64,000 bases of DNA from Nitrospirales bacterium. GTDB lineage: Bacteria > Nitrospirota > Nitrospiria > Nitrospirales > UBA8639. This document shows, piece after piece, positions 49,862 through 60,062 of the stretch (positions are counted from its first letter, which is position 1; every line of letters starts with the position of its first letter). Both the position numbers and the translations under genes were made by a program. The stretch lies in NCBI GenBank assembly GCA_963555755.3, contig OY820905.2, forward strand, positions 3,136,001-3,200,000. Direction: 5' to 3'. The notes under the pieces were generated by a model. That model saw nothing but the letters and a program-made list of their open reading frames with translations, was not told the DNA's origin and did no database searches.

Positions 49862-50451
49862 ATGGGGAATGCCTTATCAAAAAAAGAACTGGACCTGGTG
49901 AATGCCTACTGGCGGGCGGCGAATTACCTGTCGATTGGGTAAATCTATCTCTATGACAACCCCTTACTCAAGGAGCCCTTGAAAAAGGAGCATATCAAAC
50001 CGAGGCTTCTCGGACACTGGGGCACAACCCCGGGCTTGAATTTCATTTACGTTCACTTGAATCGGTTAATCAAAGAGCATGCTTTGAACATGATTTACAT
50101 TATTGGACCTGGACACGGCGGGCCGGGCCTGGTGGCGAATGCCTACCTTGAGGGGACCTACAGTGAGGTCTATCCGAACATTTCACAGGATGAAGAAGGG
50201 TTGAAGCGCCTCTACACGCAATTTTCCTTTCCCGGTGGGATTCCCAGTCATGTGGCTCCGGAAACTCCTGGATCAATCCATGAAGGTGGTGAGTTGGGTT
50301 ATGCCGTCTCCCATGCCTATGGGGCGGCATACGATAATCCAGATCTGATCGTGGCGTGCGTGGTCGGAGATGGCGAGGCGGAAACCGGACCGCTTGCGAC
50401 GAGCTGGCACTCCAACAAATTTTTGAATCCAGAAACCGATGGAGTCGTTCT
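49862..50451 (+). pseudogene. xfp: Phosphoketolase N-terminal part; nonsense codon and IS truncation
   Basis: YWRAANYLSIG*IYL (TAA 49940-49942), [31 protein letters not shown]; ends at IS terminus. Confidence 0.92.
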
Positions 50452-50491
50452 GGATCATACGCAATAGTGGGTATTCAGAGTATAAGGTACA

Positions 50492-50938
50492 ATGAGCATT
50501 GGTATCATGAACGGTGGACATTGTATGGAACTCACCCCAGAGATTTTCGAATTAATTTTTCCCAAAGGCGTCTTTGCGTGGTTTGACCTCACCAACGGTA
50601 CACGCGATGGAGACACGACCGCCATCACGTTTGCGGAAAAAGACATTCCCCCACTCACCGACGAACACACACACCTAAAGATCGTGGCCCGAAAGTTTCA
50701 CCCGATCACCGTGACCGACTTCCCTCTCAGAGGCCGCCCCACGCGCCTCACGTTTCGGCGTCGGTACTGGCCACTCGAGGGGCAGCAGGCGTATCTCACA
50801 CGCGACAGCAAGCTGGTCGTTCCGGGCACCCAGCTTGAACACGAGTTCGCCGCTTGTTTAAAAGAAGACGGCCGAGACGGAAGCCACCTCGCTGGCCACC
50901 ATCGCCAAATCCCAGAAGATCCCGGTCAAAGAGGTTGA
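50492..50938 (+). CDS. ISL3-family transposase N-terminal ORF
   Basis: ITVTDFPLRGR..RRRYW..GTQLEHEFAACLKE. Confidence 0.75.
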   Translation: MSIGIMNGGHCMELTPEIFELIFPKGVFAWFDLTNGTRDGDTTAITFAEKDIPPLTDEHTHLKIVARKFHPITVTDFPLRGRPTRLTFRRRYWPLEGQQAYLTRDSKLVVPGTQLEHEFAACLKEDGRDGSHLAGHHRQIPEDPGQRG

Positions 50939-51005
50939 ACAGCAGTACAAGCATCCCCTGAGCGGAGTCACAACCTGGAGCCAGCGAGACCATGCCGACA
51001 CGTGG

Positions 51006-51854
51006 ATGCTCTTTCCTGAGAACATCGGCCCTCAGTTGAGCATTGATGAAGTGGCTGTGACCAATGGAGAGCTCTACACTGTCCTGACCAACAAAGCCGC
51101 GCATAGCAAACAGGGGGCATGGGTCGCGATGGTGGAGGGGACGCAAGTGTGTGATATCACGCCTATGCTGGCGAAAATCCCCTTCGAGAAAAGAACGCTC
51201 GTTACCGAAGTGACGCTGGATATGTCAGGGGCGATGCATGCGATGGTGACACAGGCGTTCCCAAGCGCCACGCTCGTCTTAGACCGCTTCCACGTCCAAC
51301 GCCTCGTCTCCGAGGCGGTACAGGAAATTCGCATTGGGGTGAGACGAGAAGCCCTCAAAGACGAACACCACCAGCTCAAACACGCTCAACAGGAGAAGAA
51401 ACCCTATCGCCCCCAGATGGTGGAAAATGGAGATACCCCCAAACAGCTTCTGGCCAGAAGCCGCTATCTCCTCTTTAAACCGCAGAGTCAGTGGTACGCC
51501 CAACAGCAAGAACGCGCCACGATCCTCTTTCGCGAATACCCACCACTCAAGACGGCCTACGAGCTCGCCATGATGTTTCGTGCGTGTTACGAATACCGCA
51601 CCACACAATCCGAGGCGAACGAAAAACTCACGCACTGGTATCAGAAGGTGGAAGAGCAAGACCTTGAGTCCTTCCTCGTCCCTGCTGAGTCTATCCGGTT
51701 GCATGAACCGACTATCCTGACCTACTTCATCAATCGCAGTCCCAATGCTTCCGCAGAGTCATTTAACGCCAAGCTCACACATTTCCGAGCTCTCGTACGA
51801 GGAGTCAGAGACAAGAAATTTCATTTATTCAGAGTTGCTAAGCTGTATGGGTAA
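51006..51854 (+). CDS. ISL3-family DDE transposase catalytic ORF
   Basis: LSIDE, EVTLDMS, DRFHVQ, NASAESFNAK. Confidence 0.88.
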   Translation: MLFPENIGPQLSIDEVAVTNGELYTVLTNKAAHSKQGAWVAMVEGTQVCDITPMLAKIPFEKRTLVTEVTLDMSGAMHAMVTQAFPSATLVLDRFHVQRLVSEAVQEIRIGVRREALKDEHHQLKHAQQEKKPYRPQMVENGDTPKQLLARSRYLLFKPQSQWYAQQQERATILFREYPPLKTAYELAMMFRACYEYRTTQSEANEKLTHWYQKVEEQDLESFLVPAESIRLHEPTILTYFINRSPNASAESFNAKLTHFRALVRGVRDKKFHLFRVAKLYG

Positions 51855-51876
51855 AACCATATATTGCGTATGATCC

Positions 51877-52723
51877 CCTTTTACACCACCCGGTATCAGC
51901 AAAGGTTCTAAAGTCTGTACCCATTCAACCTGTGACGCAGGATCCCACCATTTCAAGGCTTCAAACCATTATGGAACGAGGGGTGATGCGAGTAGGACAT
52001 TTTAAAGATAGTCTACCGTTGGCGTTTAGGAATTCTAAAGGACAGGTCGTTGGCTTGGGAGTGGAAATGGCGCACTTGTTAGCCAGAGAGCTGAAGGTGA
52101 GCCTTGAATTCGTCCTCCTGAATCGCGAAGAAGGGGCAAAGGCATTAACTAATGGTCAATGTGATTTGATCGTGTCTGGTATCGTCGCGACACCTCAACA
52201 CGTTCAAGAAATCGGGTTCTCTACCTCTTTTATGGATGCCACCTTTGCCCTCATCGTCAAAGATCACCGTCGGCATGATTTTGGAAGCTGGGAAGACGTC
52301 AAAAAAATGAAAGGTCTGAGGGTCGGCCTCCCCACTAAGTCTCCCTATTTTATGAAGTTACTTCGTGAACAGTTGCCCCAGGCCACGGTGATTTCGCTTA
52401 CGTCCTCCCGGGTATTTTTTAAGGACGAGAAGAATACAATGGATGCACTCGTCTATGGTGCAGAGCAAGGATCTGCCTGGACATTAGTGTATCCGGAATT
52501 CACAGTGGTCGTCCCACGTCCTATTCCTTTGACAGCCCCTATCGTATTTCCGTTACCTCTGGAAGAACGAGAATTGACCAAATTTGTCAACACCTGGATT
52601 ACCTTAAAGAAAAAGGATGGGACGATAAACCGCCTGTTTGCCTACTGGATTCAAGGCAAGGAGGCGGGGAGGTAAGAACCCCGGTGGTCCATCATTCGTA
52701 ATCTCCTCCATTGGGTTGAATAA
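51877..52723 (+). pseudogene. 3' part of a substrate-binding (SBP_bac_3) domain protein, 5'-truncated, with nonsense codon
   Basis: GLGVEMAHLLAREL, GSAWTLVYP; TAA at 52673-52675 followed in frame by EPRWSIIRNLLHWVE*. Confidence 0.72.
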
Positions 52724-52844
52724 GGGTTGGTCCCGAAGCCAACCTTCTTTAGTGGATTAGTGAAACAATTCAAAATTATCTGGAGATGCCGCTCTTCGTC
52801 AAGCACTGAGTTTCGCACCAGACGATGGGTCCATCCATCACGCG

Positions 52845-53095
52845 TTAGGTTTGCTTCTTATACGAACAGGCAAAAAAGCCGAGGCGATGTCAGCCTTGAA
52901 ACGTGCTGTGGAATTGCAACCTGACAACCCCCGCTACGGCTATGTGTATGGGATCGCCCTGAATTCGGTGGGGAAGGGAAAAGTGGCAATCGCGGTTTTA
53001 GAGAAAAACTACCAGCGCCATCCCCATGATCGGCAGACACTATTTGCCCTGGTCACCGTTCATCGAGGTCAAGGGGACAATGCATCTGCCGTCCG
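52845..53095 (+). pseudogene. TPR C-terminal fragment paralogous to the 40758-43115 protein
   Basis: LGLLLIRTGKKAEAMSALKRAVELQPDNPRYGYVYGIALNS vs LGLLLVRTDQKAEAMPALKRAWEIQSDNPRYGYVYGIALNS. Confidence 0.82.
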
Positions 53096-53178
53096 TAAAA
53101 GAAACCTTGGTAGGGCATTTTGTGCATTAATTGTAAATTTAATTGACATTTAGTGAATTTTTTCATATTGTTTTGACC

Positions 53179-54351
53179 ATGATTTTTCGCAAGTTAGATT
53201 CAAAACTACGCGAACTTGCTGGTTATTATCCCGTTGTCGCTGTCACCGGTCCACGGCAGTCAGGAAAGACCACCCTGTGCCAGGCGGTTTTTTCGAAGAA
53301 ACCCTATGTTTCACTGGAGGCGATAGACCAGCGTGATTTCGCTCAAAATGATCCCAGGGGTTTCCTGGCGGAATATGTTGATGGCGCAATCATCGATGAA
53401 ATTCAGAATGTCCCGGAACTGCTTAGCTATTTGCAGGGCGAAGTTGACGAACGGCCGGAGCCGGGACGGTTCATTCTCACCGGGTCACAGCATTTTGGGC
53501 TCTCTCAATCAGTAGCGCAGTCGTTGGCGGGTCGTTGTGGAATATTGGTGCTCTTGCCGCCCAGTTTCGAAGAATTAAGGGCCTTCCCAAACGCGCCCGA
53601 TGAACTCTATTCGGTGTTATGGCAAGGAGCCTATCCCAGAATTTATGACCACAATATTCCGGCCCATCAATGGTTAGCCGACTACATTGCCACCTACGTT
53701 CAGCGGGACGTTCGTCAAGTCGTCAATGTGGGTGACCTTCAGAATTTTTCTGGGTTCCTCAAGCTGTGTGCGGGGCGTACCGCGCAAGAGATCAATTTCT
53801 CGGCACTTGGCAGTGATGCGGGTGTTTCGCACAATACCATTCGAGCCTGGTTGTCGGTCCTGGAAACCAGTTATATCATCCACCGTCTGCCTGCCTGGCA
53901 TGTGAACGTTCGCAAACAAGTGGTCAAGGCGCCCAAGCTGCATTTCTTTGATTCAGGAGTGGTGTGCTACTTGCTGGGCATCCGCGAAGCGGATCAGCTA
54001 CGCCACCATCCTCAGCGCGGTGCGATATTCGAAAGCTGGGTTGTTTCCGAATTGTTCAAGACCCATACCCATCGAGGGGTGCAGCCTAATCTCTTTCATT
54101 ATCGGGAGACACGCGGCCTGGAGATTGATGTTCTTTTCGATCAGGGTGAAAGACTTGATGCCATCGAAATCAAGTCTGCCTCAACGGTGACGTCCGAAAT
54201 GTTCAAAAACCTTCGCCGCTTCGCGGATCGACTAGAAAGCATAGGTGATACTCGAAGTATAGTATCGACCCTTGTGTACGGTGGCGATGACTCTCAACAA
54301 CGCTCACACGCCCGTCTCGCATCCTGGCGCAACATCCCCTTGCCGACGTAA
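53179..54351 (+). CDS. AAA_14 ATPase with DUF4143 domain
   Basis: GPRQSGKTT, DEIQ, LTGSQ, YVQRDVR, PKLHFFDSG, EID..IEIKS. Confidence 0.9.
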   Translation: MIFRKLDSKLRELAGYYPVVAVTGPRQSGKTTLCQAVFSKKPYVSLEAIDQRDFAQNDPRGFLAEYVDGAIIDEIQNVPELLSYLQGEVDERPEPGRFILTGSQHFGLSQSVAQSLAGRCGILVLLPPSFEELRAFPNAPDELYSVLWQGAYPRIYDHNIPAHQWLADYIATYVQRDVRQVVNVGDLQNFSGFLKLCAGRTAQEINFSALGSDAGVSHNTIRAWLSVLETSYIIHRLPAWHVNVRKQVVKAPKLHFFDSGVVCYLLGIREADQLRHHPQRGAIFESWVVSELFKTHTHRGVQPNLFHYRETRGLEIDVLFDQGERLDAIEIKSASTVTSEMFKNLRRFADRLESIGDTRSIVSTLVYGGDDSQQRSHARLASWRNIPLPT

Positions 54352-54503
54352 AGAAATGTAGCTTCCCGCTGCAAGTCGACGGGGTATTTAGAGTAAATCA
54401 GAATCCTATAGCCCCCCTTTGCAAAGGGGGGCTTGGGGGGATTTAAGTTTCTCCTATTCTTTATGAATACCCCGTCAGTTTGCTACGCGGACCTTCATTT
54501 ATA

Positions 54504-54825
54504 GGCTCTTCGTGGAATCGTGTGGGCCATACAAGGAGGATTTGATCCAGCATTCCCCTCCTTTGTAAGGAGGGGCAAGGGGAGGTAGAAAGTCATGGAG
54601 CGGGGCCATCGGCTTTCTTGCGGGTGTCGGTGATCAGTCGAACAACTCTACCCCACCTCCGCCTCCCCTTACAAAGGGGAGGAATCGGATCGCTGAATCG
54701 TTTGAAAGAGCTGGAAGGGTGTTCTGCCTCTTTCACACACTCAGAATCCCCACCATTAGTAGCTAAGATGCCATGAACGATCCAATATTTACCTAGAATT
54801 TACCCACACGATTCCACGAAGAGCC
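54504..54825. mobile_element. 322-bp non-autonomous element with ISL3-like ends
   Basis: 23-bp perfect TIR ggctcttcgtggaatcgtgtggg; 8-bp flanks catttata / catttaaa. Confidence 0.82.
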
Positions 54826-54828
54826 CAT

Positions 54829-56244
54829 TTAAATTTTCTCAACCCCAGGATTCAACGAACCGAAGGCATCTTTTGCAGCGGATCTTTCTGAAAAAGAAAA
54901 GTGGCGGGCCCTTGCTCTCGAAACCTGACGAAGCAATGGTCTCCATGACCAGGTCTTTGCCTGATCGGGTGTCGTAGTCGATCCGAAAAGAACATCCTCA
55001 AGTTTCTCGAGCTCTTGCGTCAAAGAGGGATCAACGGCTTCTTGGGAAAAGCTATGTAAGGTTGCCGCACCGGGTTTGTCATGAATCCGATCAAGCCAAA
55101 ACATAAGATGCCGTAATGCCGCACGCGGGTCACCGGAACGAGCGGCGTGACGGAATTGTCTAAACCAGCTGGCTTCTGAATTCGCTTGGCGTGTTCGCCT
55201 CTGAGCTAAATGGTTTAGGATTGGTGGACCGTAGCGACGAGCGAGTTTGGCGATAACGATAAGCACAAGTAATAGTACACCTAGAGGAATCCCCCACCGC
55301 TTGAGAAGATCAACAAGCGAAACACGTGATTGGGCTTGTGTCGGTGTTGTTTCTTCTGTCACCAGTTCCTGCGGCAGTGAGAAGGCGCTATCAAAAGCCA
55401 CTTCGGGGTTCACATGAAATTCTACAGGCGGTAGCGTGGCGCTTCGGAGTTGTTTGGCACCAATATCCCACCAATGTATTTCAATTGCCGGAAGTTGATA
55501 ATCACCCTCTTGCTCTGCAACATAGGTAGTCGTGACTTTGCGGGTGCCAACGATGGCGCTTCCTCGTTCTCCACTTGTATCGCTGACTGTTGGAGGCTCG
55601 GGATAGACACTGATTCCATCCATCGAACTAGATGGAAGTGAAGGAATGACCATTGACAAGGCATCATGGATCGTGACGGTAAGGACCCGAGTAAAGGCTT
55701 CGCCGATCTTGAGCATGTGAGGGGTTCGATCAAATTCCTGTGTCAGCGTGAGTTGTGTGGTGGCAATAAAGTAGTCAAGCCCTTGGGCTTGAACCGGGAC
55801 TTGGGTGGTGAACGTCAGTGGCTGAGGCGACACCGTAGCCGTCGCACCCGCGCCGACCCCCTCTCCATAATATTTCACCGCGATTGGAATGCTTGGAATT
55901 GAAAAAGAACCAGAACGCTGAGCATAGACCGTATAGTGACGACTTTGGCCAGCCCAGGTTTGGCCGTCGATGCGTTCCGTAAAATTAGAACCCCGTTCTG
56001 AAAAAATCGTTATGGAGTCTGGGATATCGAGATCCGGGAAGACGGGAGCCCCGGTGAACCAGGAAGGAACCAGAACTTCGACGATCACAGAAATCGGTTG
56101 ACCCACCGTCACCTTCGATTCAGGTTCAAGACGGGCCCTGGCAAACGGAGTTAAACTTTTCGTTCCCTCGGCCACAACCGGCTCCACAGGAAAGAACAGG
56201 CACCAAGCGAGGCAGAATGTTGCGAGGACAACTGGTTTTTTCAC
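54829..56244 (-). CDS. BatD-family protein
   Basis: Signal peptide, VTVGQP, LPAIEIHWWD, C-terminal TM and LNP end; last gene of VWA operon. Confidence 0.8.
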   Translation of the reverse strand: MKKPVVLATFCLAWCLFFPVEPVVAEGTKSLTPFARARLEPESKVTVGQPISVIVEVLVPSWFTGAPVFPDLDIPDSITIFSERGSNFTERIDGQTWAGQSRHYTVYAQRSGSFSIPSIPIAVKYYGEGVGAGATATVSPQPLTFTTQVPVQAQGLDYFIATTQLTLTQEFDRTPHMLKIGEAFTRVLTVTIHDALSMVIPSLPSSSMDGISVYPEPPTVSDTSGERGSAIVGTRKVTTTYVAEQEGDYQLPAIEIHWWDIGAKQLRSATLPPVEFHVNPEVAFDSAFSLPQELVTEETTPTQAQSRVSLVDLLKRWGIPLGVLLLVLIVIAKLARRYGPPILNHLAQRRTRQANSEASWFRQFRHAARSGDPRAALRHLMFWLDRIHDKPGAATLHSFSQEAVDPSLTQELEKLEDVLFGSTTTPDQAKTWSWRPLLRQVSRARARHFSFSERSAAKDAFGSLNPGVEKI

Positions 56245-57866
56245 AATGAATCCTTGTCCTGTTCATCCTGAGCCACCTCAGCAGCAAAGCGGTGACGAAG
56301 AAAATCAGCAGGGGAGGTTTGCAACCGACGCATCCACATCTCCGCAAGTTGATCATCGGTAAGCTGAGCGACATCCACTTCCCCTCGTTTTCCCTTTTTT
56401 CCCTTTTCATCAAATTTGATCTCATCAGGATCGAAGGTTGGGTCTCCACCCTCCTCCGTTTGTTCTTCCTCATCTTGTGTTTCTTCTGCAATAAGTTTCT
56501 CAATCAACTCGAGGTTTTCCGCTGCTTCAACCCAACCCGGGCGTTTTTCGAGAGCAAGTTCGTAGCTGGTAATCGCCTCCGGATAATTTTCCAGCTTGGC
56601 GTAAGCATTGCCCAGATTATAGGAGGCTTCAGGCGAATCCACCTGTACAAGCCAGGTCACCGCATCTTCAAGATTTCCATCTTGAAAATGAGCAATGCCT
56701 TTCCAGAGTGGATCCTGAAAATTTTCCGCGGCCGCGGAATAGTTGCCTTGTTCGAATTGCCAACGACCCTGCTGATCAGGGGTAAGCCAAAGGTCAAGGA
56801 AGCGAGTATCCTGGAATTCGGAGAGTGAGCACCCTCCCAATGTGAACACTAACACCGCCAGTTGCCATCGAACCGTCCATCCTTTGCGAAACCAAAGAAG
56901 GCCCAACAATGCGACCGGAAATACCAGCCAATACCCTTGGTCTTTCCATCGGGCCGTTTCATCCTCTTGCCGAACTCGTTGCAGGTGACTCTGGACCTGA
57001 CGCTGAATTCGACCAACATCGGCATCATCCACGGTCACACTAGCAACAAAAGCGCCAGTCTCACTCTCAAGAAGATTGAGCCCTTCCAGATCGAGCGTGG
57101 CGACCACTCGTCGGCCTTTGGCAGCCGTGTGGAATGTTTGATCATCGATTCGGATTGGCCCACCTTGTGTCGTGCCAACAGCTAATACGAGAACTTCGTC
57201 ATGAGTGCGCTCACTATGGGCGACAAAAGCAGGAACGTGGCGTTCGGCGATTCCGTCCGTAAAAAAAAGAATCGATCCCGGCACAGAATCGGAGGACAGG
57301 ATTTGCTCGGCTAGATCCAAAGCTTTGGAAGGATCTTTTCCATCGACAGGCATAACCTTCGTTGAGAGGGCGGGAAGAAACGTCTCGAACAACAATGGAT
57401 CGTCTGAAAGCGGTAGGACGGTATGAGCTGAACCAGCGTAGGCAATGAGTGCGGTACGGGCACCGGTACGAAGGGCAACAAGATCACGAATTTTCTGTTT
57501 GGCTCGCTCAAGCCGTGTTGGTTGAATATCGATGGCATTCATTGAGGCCGAAAGGTCAAGAGCAATGACCAACGGAGCCGTGTCTTCGGCAAACGGTGAG
57601 GCTTCGCGTTCCCAAGTGGGACCAGCGGCTCCCACGGACCCCAATATCATAAACATCACAACCAAATGTAAGGGACGAAAGCGCCACCGGTGTTCTCCGC
57701 CAACCTTCAAGTGAGTCAGTAAATGGGACGCAATGATCCGACGCCAACGGCGTTCGGTACTGCTCCCGAAGTGAAGGATCAGCCATAGAAGGAACGCGAG
57801 TACGACAATCCCCAACCACCAGGGGCGAAGAAAATGAAACTCGGTATAGGGGTTGAGGTCAATCAT
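56241..57866 (-). CDS. VWA + TPR protein (BatB/BatC-like)
   Basis: FHFLRPWWL, DLSASM, RLERAK, TDG, YNLGNAY. Confidence 0.88.
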   Translation of the reverse strand: MIDLNPYTEFHFLRPWWLGIVVLAFLLWLILHFGSSTERRWRRIIASHLLTHLKVGGEHRWRFRPLHLVVMFMILGSVGAAGPTWEREASPFAEDTAPLVIALDLSASMNAIDIQPTRLERAKQKIRDLVALRTGARTALIAYAGSAHTVLPLSDDPLLFETFLPALSTKVMPVDGKDPSKALDLAEQILSSDSVPGSILFFTDGIAERHVPAFVAHSERTHDEVLVLAVGTTQGGPIRIDDQTFHTAAKGRRVVATLDLEGLNLLESETGAFVASVTVDDADVGRIQRQVQSHLQRVRQEDETARWKDQGYWLVFPVALLGLLWFRKGWTVRWQLAVLVFTLGGCSLSEFQDTRFLDLWLTPDQQGRWQFEQGNYSAAAENFQDPLWKGIAHFQDGNLEDAVTWLVQVDSPEASYNLGNAYAKLENYPEAITSYELALEKRPGWVEAAENLELIEKLIAEETQDEEEQTEEGGDPTFDPDEIKFDEKGKKGKRGEVDVAQLTDDQLAEMWMRRLQTSPADFLRHRFAAEVAQDEQDKDSL

Positions 57867-58854
57867 GTCGTACCCTCAAAGCGCGAGCGGCCTGGGCGAG
57901 CCCCATCAGGATGTGATACAGGAGCGCCAGGAGAATGGCTCCTCCCAAAGGCCAGTGGTAAAGCGGTCGAGTCGGCCGGTACGAATGTGTTTCAATCTCG
58001 ATTGGCGTCAGGGCATCGATCCTTCGATAAATATTCTCGAGCTCTTTCCGGTCATCGGCATGGAACGCAGCGCCACCCGTAACAGTAGCAATGGTCTGGA
58101 GGGTCTCCAAATCCATCTCGGCTTCTCCCGTACTCTGAGGATCACCGATGGCGACGGTGTGAATGGTAATGTGATGATCGGCAGCAATCTCTGCAGCCTT
58201 TTTGGGTGGGACTTTACTTCCCGTGTCATTTCCGTCGGTCAGAAGCACCAGGACACGATCCTGAGCCTCACTGTTTTCAAACACTTTAATCGTGAGTCCA
58301 ATAGCATCTCCCAACATCGTTTGAGGACCGGCCATGCGGGGTTCTGTCTGCTCCAGTAAAGCACGAACGACCTCATGATCCAGTGTGAAGGGTGCTTGAA
58401 GAAATGCCTGATTGCCGAAAACGATAACCCCGATACGATCGCCCTCTCGACGAGCGATAAAGTCGTCGAGGACTAATTTTACAGCTTCAAGTCTTTGAAG
58501 GGGATTTCCATCCGGGCCAACCATGTCCCGGGCGTCCATGGAACCGGAGAGATCGACGGCAAGCATCAGATCCCGAACAGATTCAATTTTTTCAATCGGT
58601 GGTTCAATAAACTGGGGCCGGGCGATGGCCGTCACAATGAGGATCCAGCACAAGGGTCCCAAGATCCATTGAAAAATATTACGGTGCATGAGGACACCGC
58701 CTCGGATGGGGCGTTGCCCTACCGCGGTCGCAACCTTCTCGAAGTAAGGAATGCGCACTGATTCCTGACGTTCCCGGTATGGGGGCAGGAGCCACCAGGT
58801 AAAAATGGGAGCCAACAGAAGCGCGAAAGCCCATGGAAGGTCGAACTCAAACAT
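57859..58854 (-). CDS. VWA-domain protein (BatA-like)
   Basis: AIARPQ, DLSGSM MIDAS, GDRIG, LLTDGND. Confidence 0.9.
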   Translation of the reverse strand: MFEFDLPWAFALLLAPIFTWWLLPPYRERQESVRIPYFEKVATAVGQRPIRGGVLMHRNIFQWILGPLCWILIVTAIARPQFIEPPIEKIESVRDLMLAVDLSGSMDARDMVGPDGNPLQRLEAVKLVLDDFIARREGDRIGVIVFGNQAFLQAPFTLDHEVVRALLEQTEPRMAGPQTMLGDAIGLTIKVFENSEAQDRVLVLLTDGNDTGSKVPPKKAAEIAADHHITIHTVAIGDPQSTGEAEMDLETLQTIATVTGGAAFHADDRKELENIYRRIDALTPIEIETHSYRPTRPLYHWPLGGAILLALLYHILMGLAQAARALRVRHD

Positions 58855-59365
58855 GATGCCGTTGAATCCATTCTCGGATGAGTTGGATCAGCCCATTCAT
58901 GTCGCTCGGATGAGTTTCCATTAGCTGTTCCAGATTCGAGAGTGGGGAATAGGCGAGCGTCGGAAGGAGACGTCCCGGACCCTGTGTGAATCCCTTCCCT
59001 CCGTAACTCTCATCCAAAAACCGAAGCCACGCATCACCACTGAGCGACGCCACTTCGCGACGATTCCAACATGCGAGCACCGTTTGCTTGAGGAGAACTG
59101 GAACCTCCGTGAGAGCGGAGAGCCGACGATCTGGAACGGTGAGATCCGCTTCGAGCCGACAAAGTTGATTCAGAGCCAGCCGCCGGTAGCGGTTGGCTTG
59201 CCAACGGGTGTAGATGGCATGGCCGGACCAAACGAGCAGTATGAGAATTAAGATCAGTACAACCCACCAACTAACGGTTTGTGGAATCCAGCTTACTGGG
59301 GAAGGGAGGACGATATCGTGGAGCTGGTCGAGAGTCGGTTGGATAGTTCCCGGCATCATTTTCAA
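58847..59365 (-). CDS. DUF4381-family protein
   Basis: LHDIVLPSPVSWIPQT, NRYRRLAL, LSGDAWLRFLD, WIQRH. Confidence 0.85.
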   Translation of the reverse strand: MKMMPGTIQPTLDQLHDIVLPSPVSWIPQTVSWWVVLILILILLVWSGHAIYTRWQANRYRRLALNQLCRLEADLTVPDRRLSALTEVPVLLKQTVLACWNRREVASLSGDAWLRFLDESYGGKGFTQGPGRLLPTLAYSPLSNLEQLMETHPSDMNGLIQLIREWIQRHHV

Positions 59366-59412
59366 ATTTTCCCTAATTGACTCATCAACATGAGTCAGAT
59401 AGACTCATCATT

Positions 59413-59667
59413 ATGAAGCGAATGCAGGTCTTGATCGAAGAAACGGAATACCGCCGCATTGTGCGCATCGCCAAACGGCAAGGGATGACGCTGGCCGAAT
59501 GGGTTCGTCAAACGCTTCGCCTCGCCTATCGCCAAGAACCACTCGGCGATCGGGACAAGAAACTTGCCGCAGTACGGACTGCCACAGCGAATGAATTTCC
59601 AACGGCTGATATTGATCAGATGCTGGCAGAAATAGCGAGCGGGTACGGCTCAACGGAACAGCATTGA
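59413..59667 (+). CDS. vapB: RHH/CopG-like antitoxin (VapB)
   Basis: [19 protein letters not shown]; overlaps downstream PIN gene. Confidence 0.8.
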   Translation: MKRMQVLIEETEYRRIVRIAKRQGMTLAEWVRQTLRLAYRQEPLGDRDKKLAAVRTATANEFPTADIDQMLAEIASGYGSTEQH

Positions 59668-60062
59668 TCCTTATCGATTCAAACATCCCAATGTACCTCA
59701 TTGGGGCGGCCCATCCACATAAAACCGACTCACAACAACTTCTCGAGCGATGTATCTCACGCAATGAGCGACTCGTAACCGATGCCGAAGTTTTGCAAGA
59801 GATCCTTCACCGCTATGTTGCGATTCAACGCCGAAATGCCATCCAAGCTGCATTCGAGACTATCCTCGCCATAGTGGATGAGGTGTTTCCCATTACACAA
59901 AGGGACCTTCAACGGGCCAAGGAGATTGTGTTGGGATCAACCCTGCTCTCGGCCCGCGATGCTCTGCACCTCGCTGTTATGGAACACAACAGTGTTGAAA
60001 AAATTCTCTCATTCGACCGGGGATTTGATGGTTTCCCCGGTGTCACACGAATCCATGAATGA
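59664..60062 (+). CDS. vapC: PIN-domain toxin VapC
   Basis: [30 protein letters not shown]. Confidence 0.9.
   Translation: MILIDSNIPMYLIGAAHPHKTDSQQLLERCISRNERLVTDAEVLQEILHRYVAIQRRNAIQAAFETILAIVDEVFPITQRDLQRAKEIVLGSTLLSARDALHLAVMEHNSVEKILSFDRGFDGFPGVTRIHE

Larger units (their letters stand above)
50452..51876 (+). mobile_element. ISL3-family element (two-ORF type)
   Basis: Perfect 15-bp TIR ggatcatacgcaata / tattgcgtatgatcc; no TSD. Confidence 0.88.

Noticed and set aside
49940..49942. Stop-codon recoding in xfp or in the SBP gene (52673-52675)
   Set aside because: Both are TAA in genes that are also truncated, and TAA is used as a normal stop elsewhere; simple nonsense mutation is sufficient.
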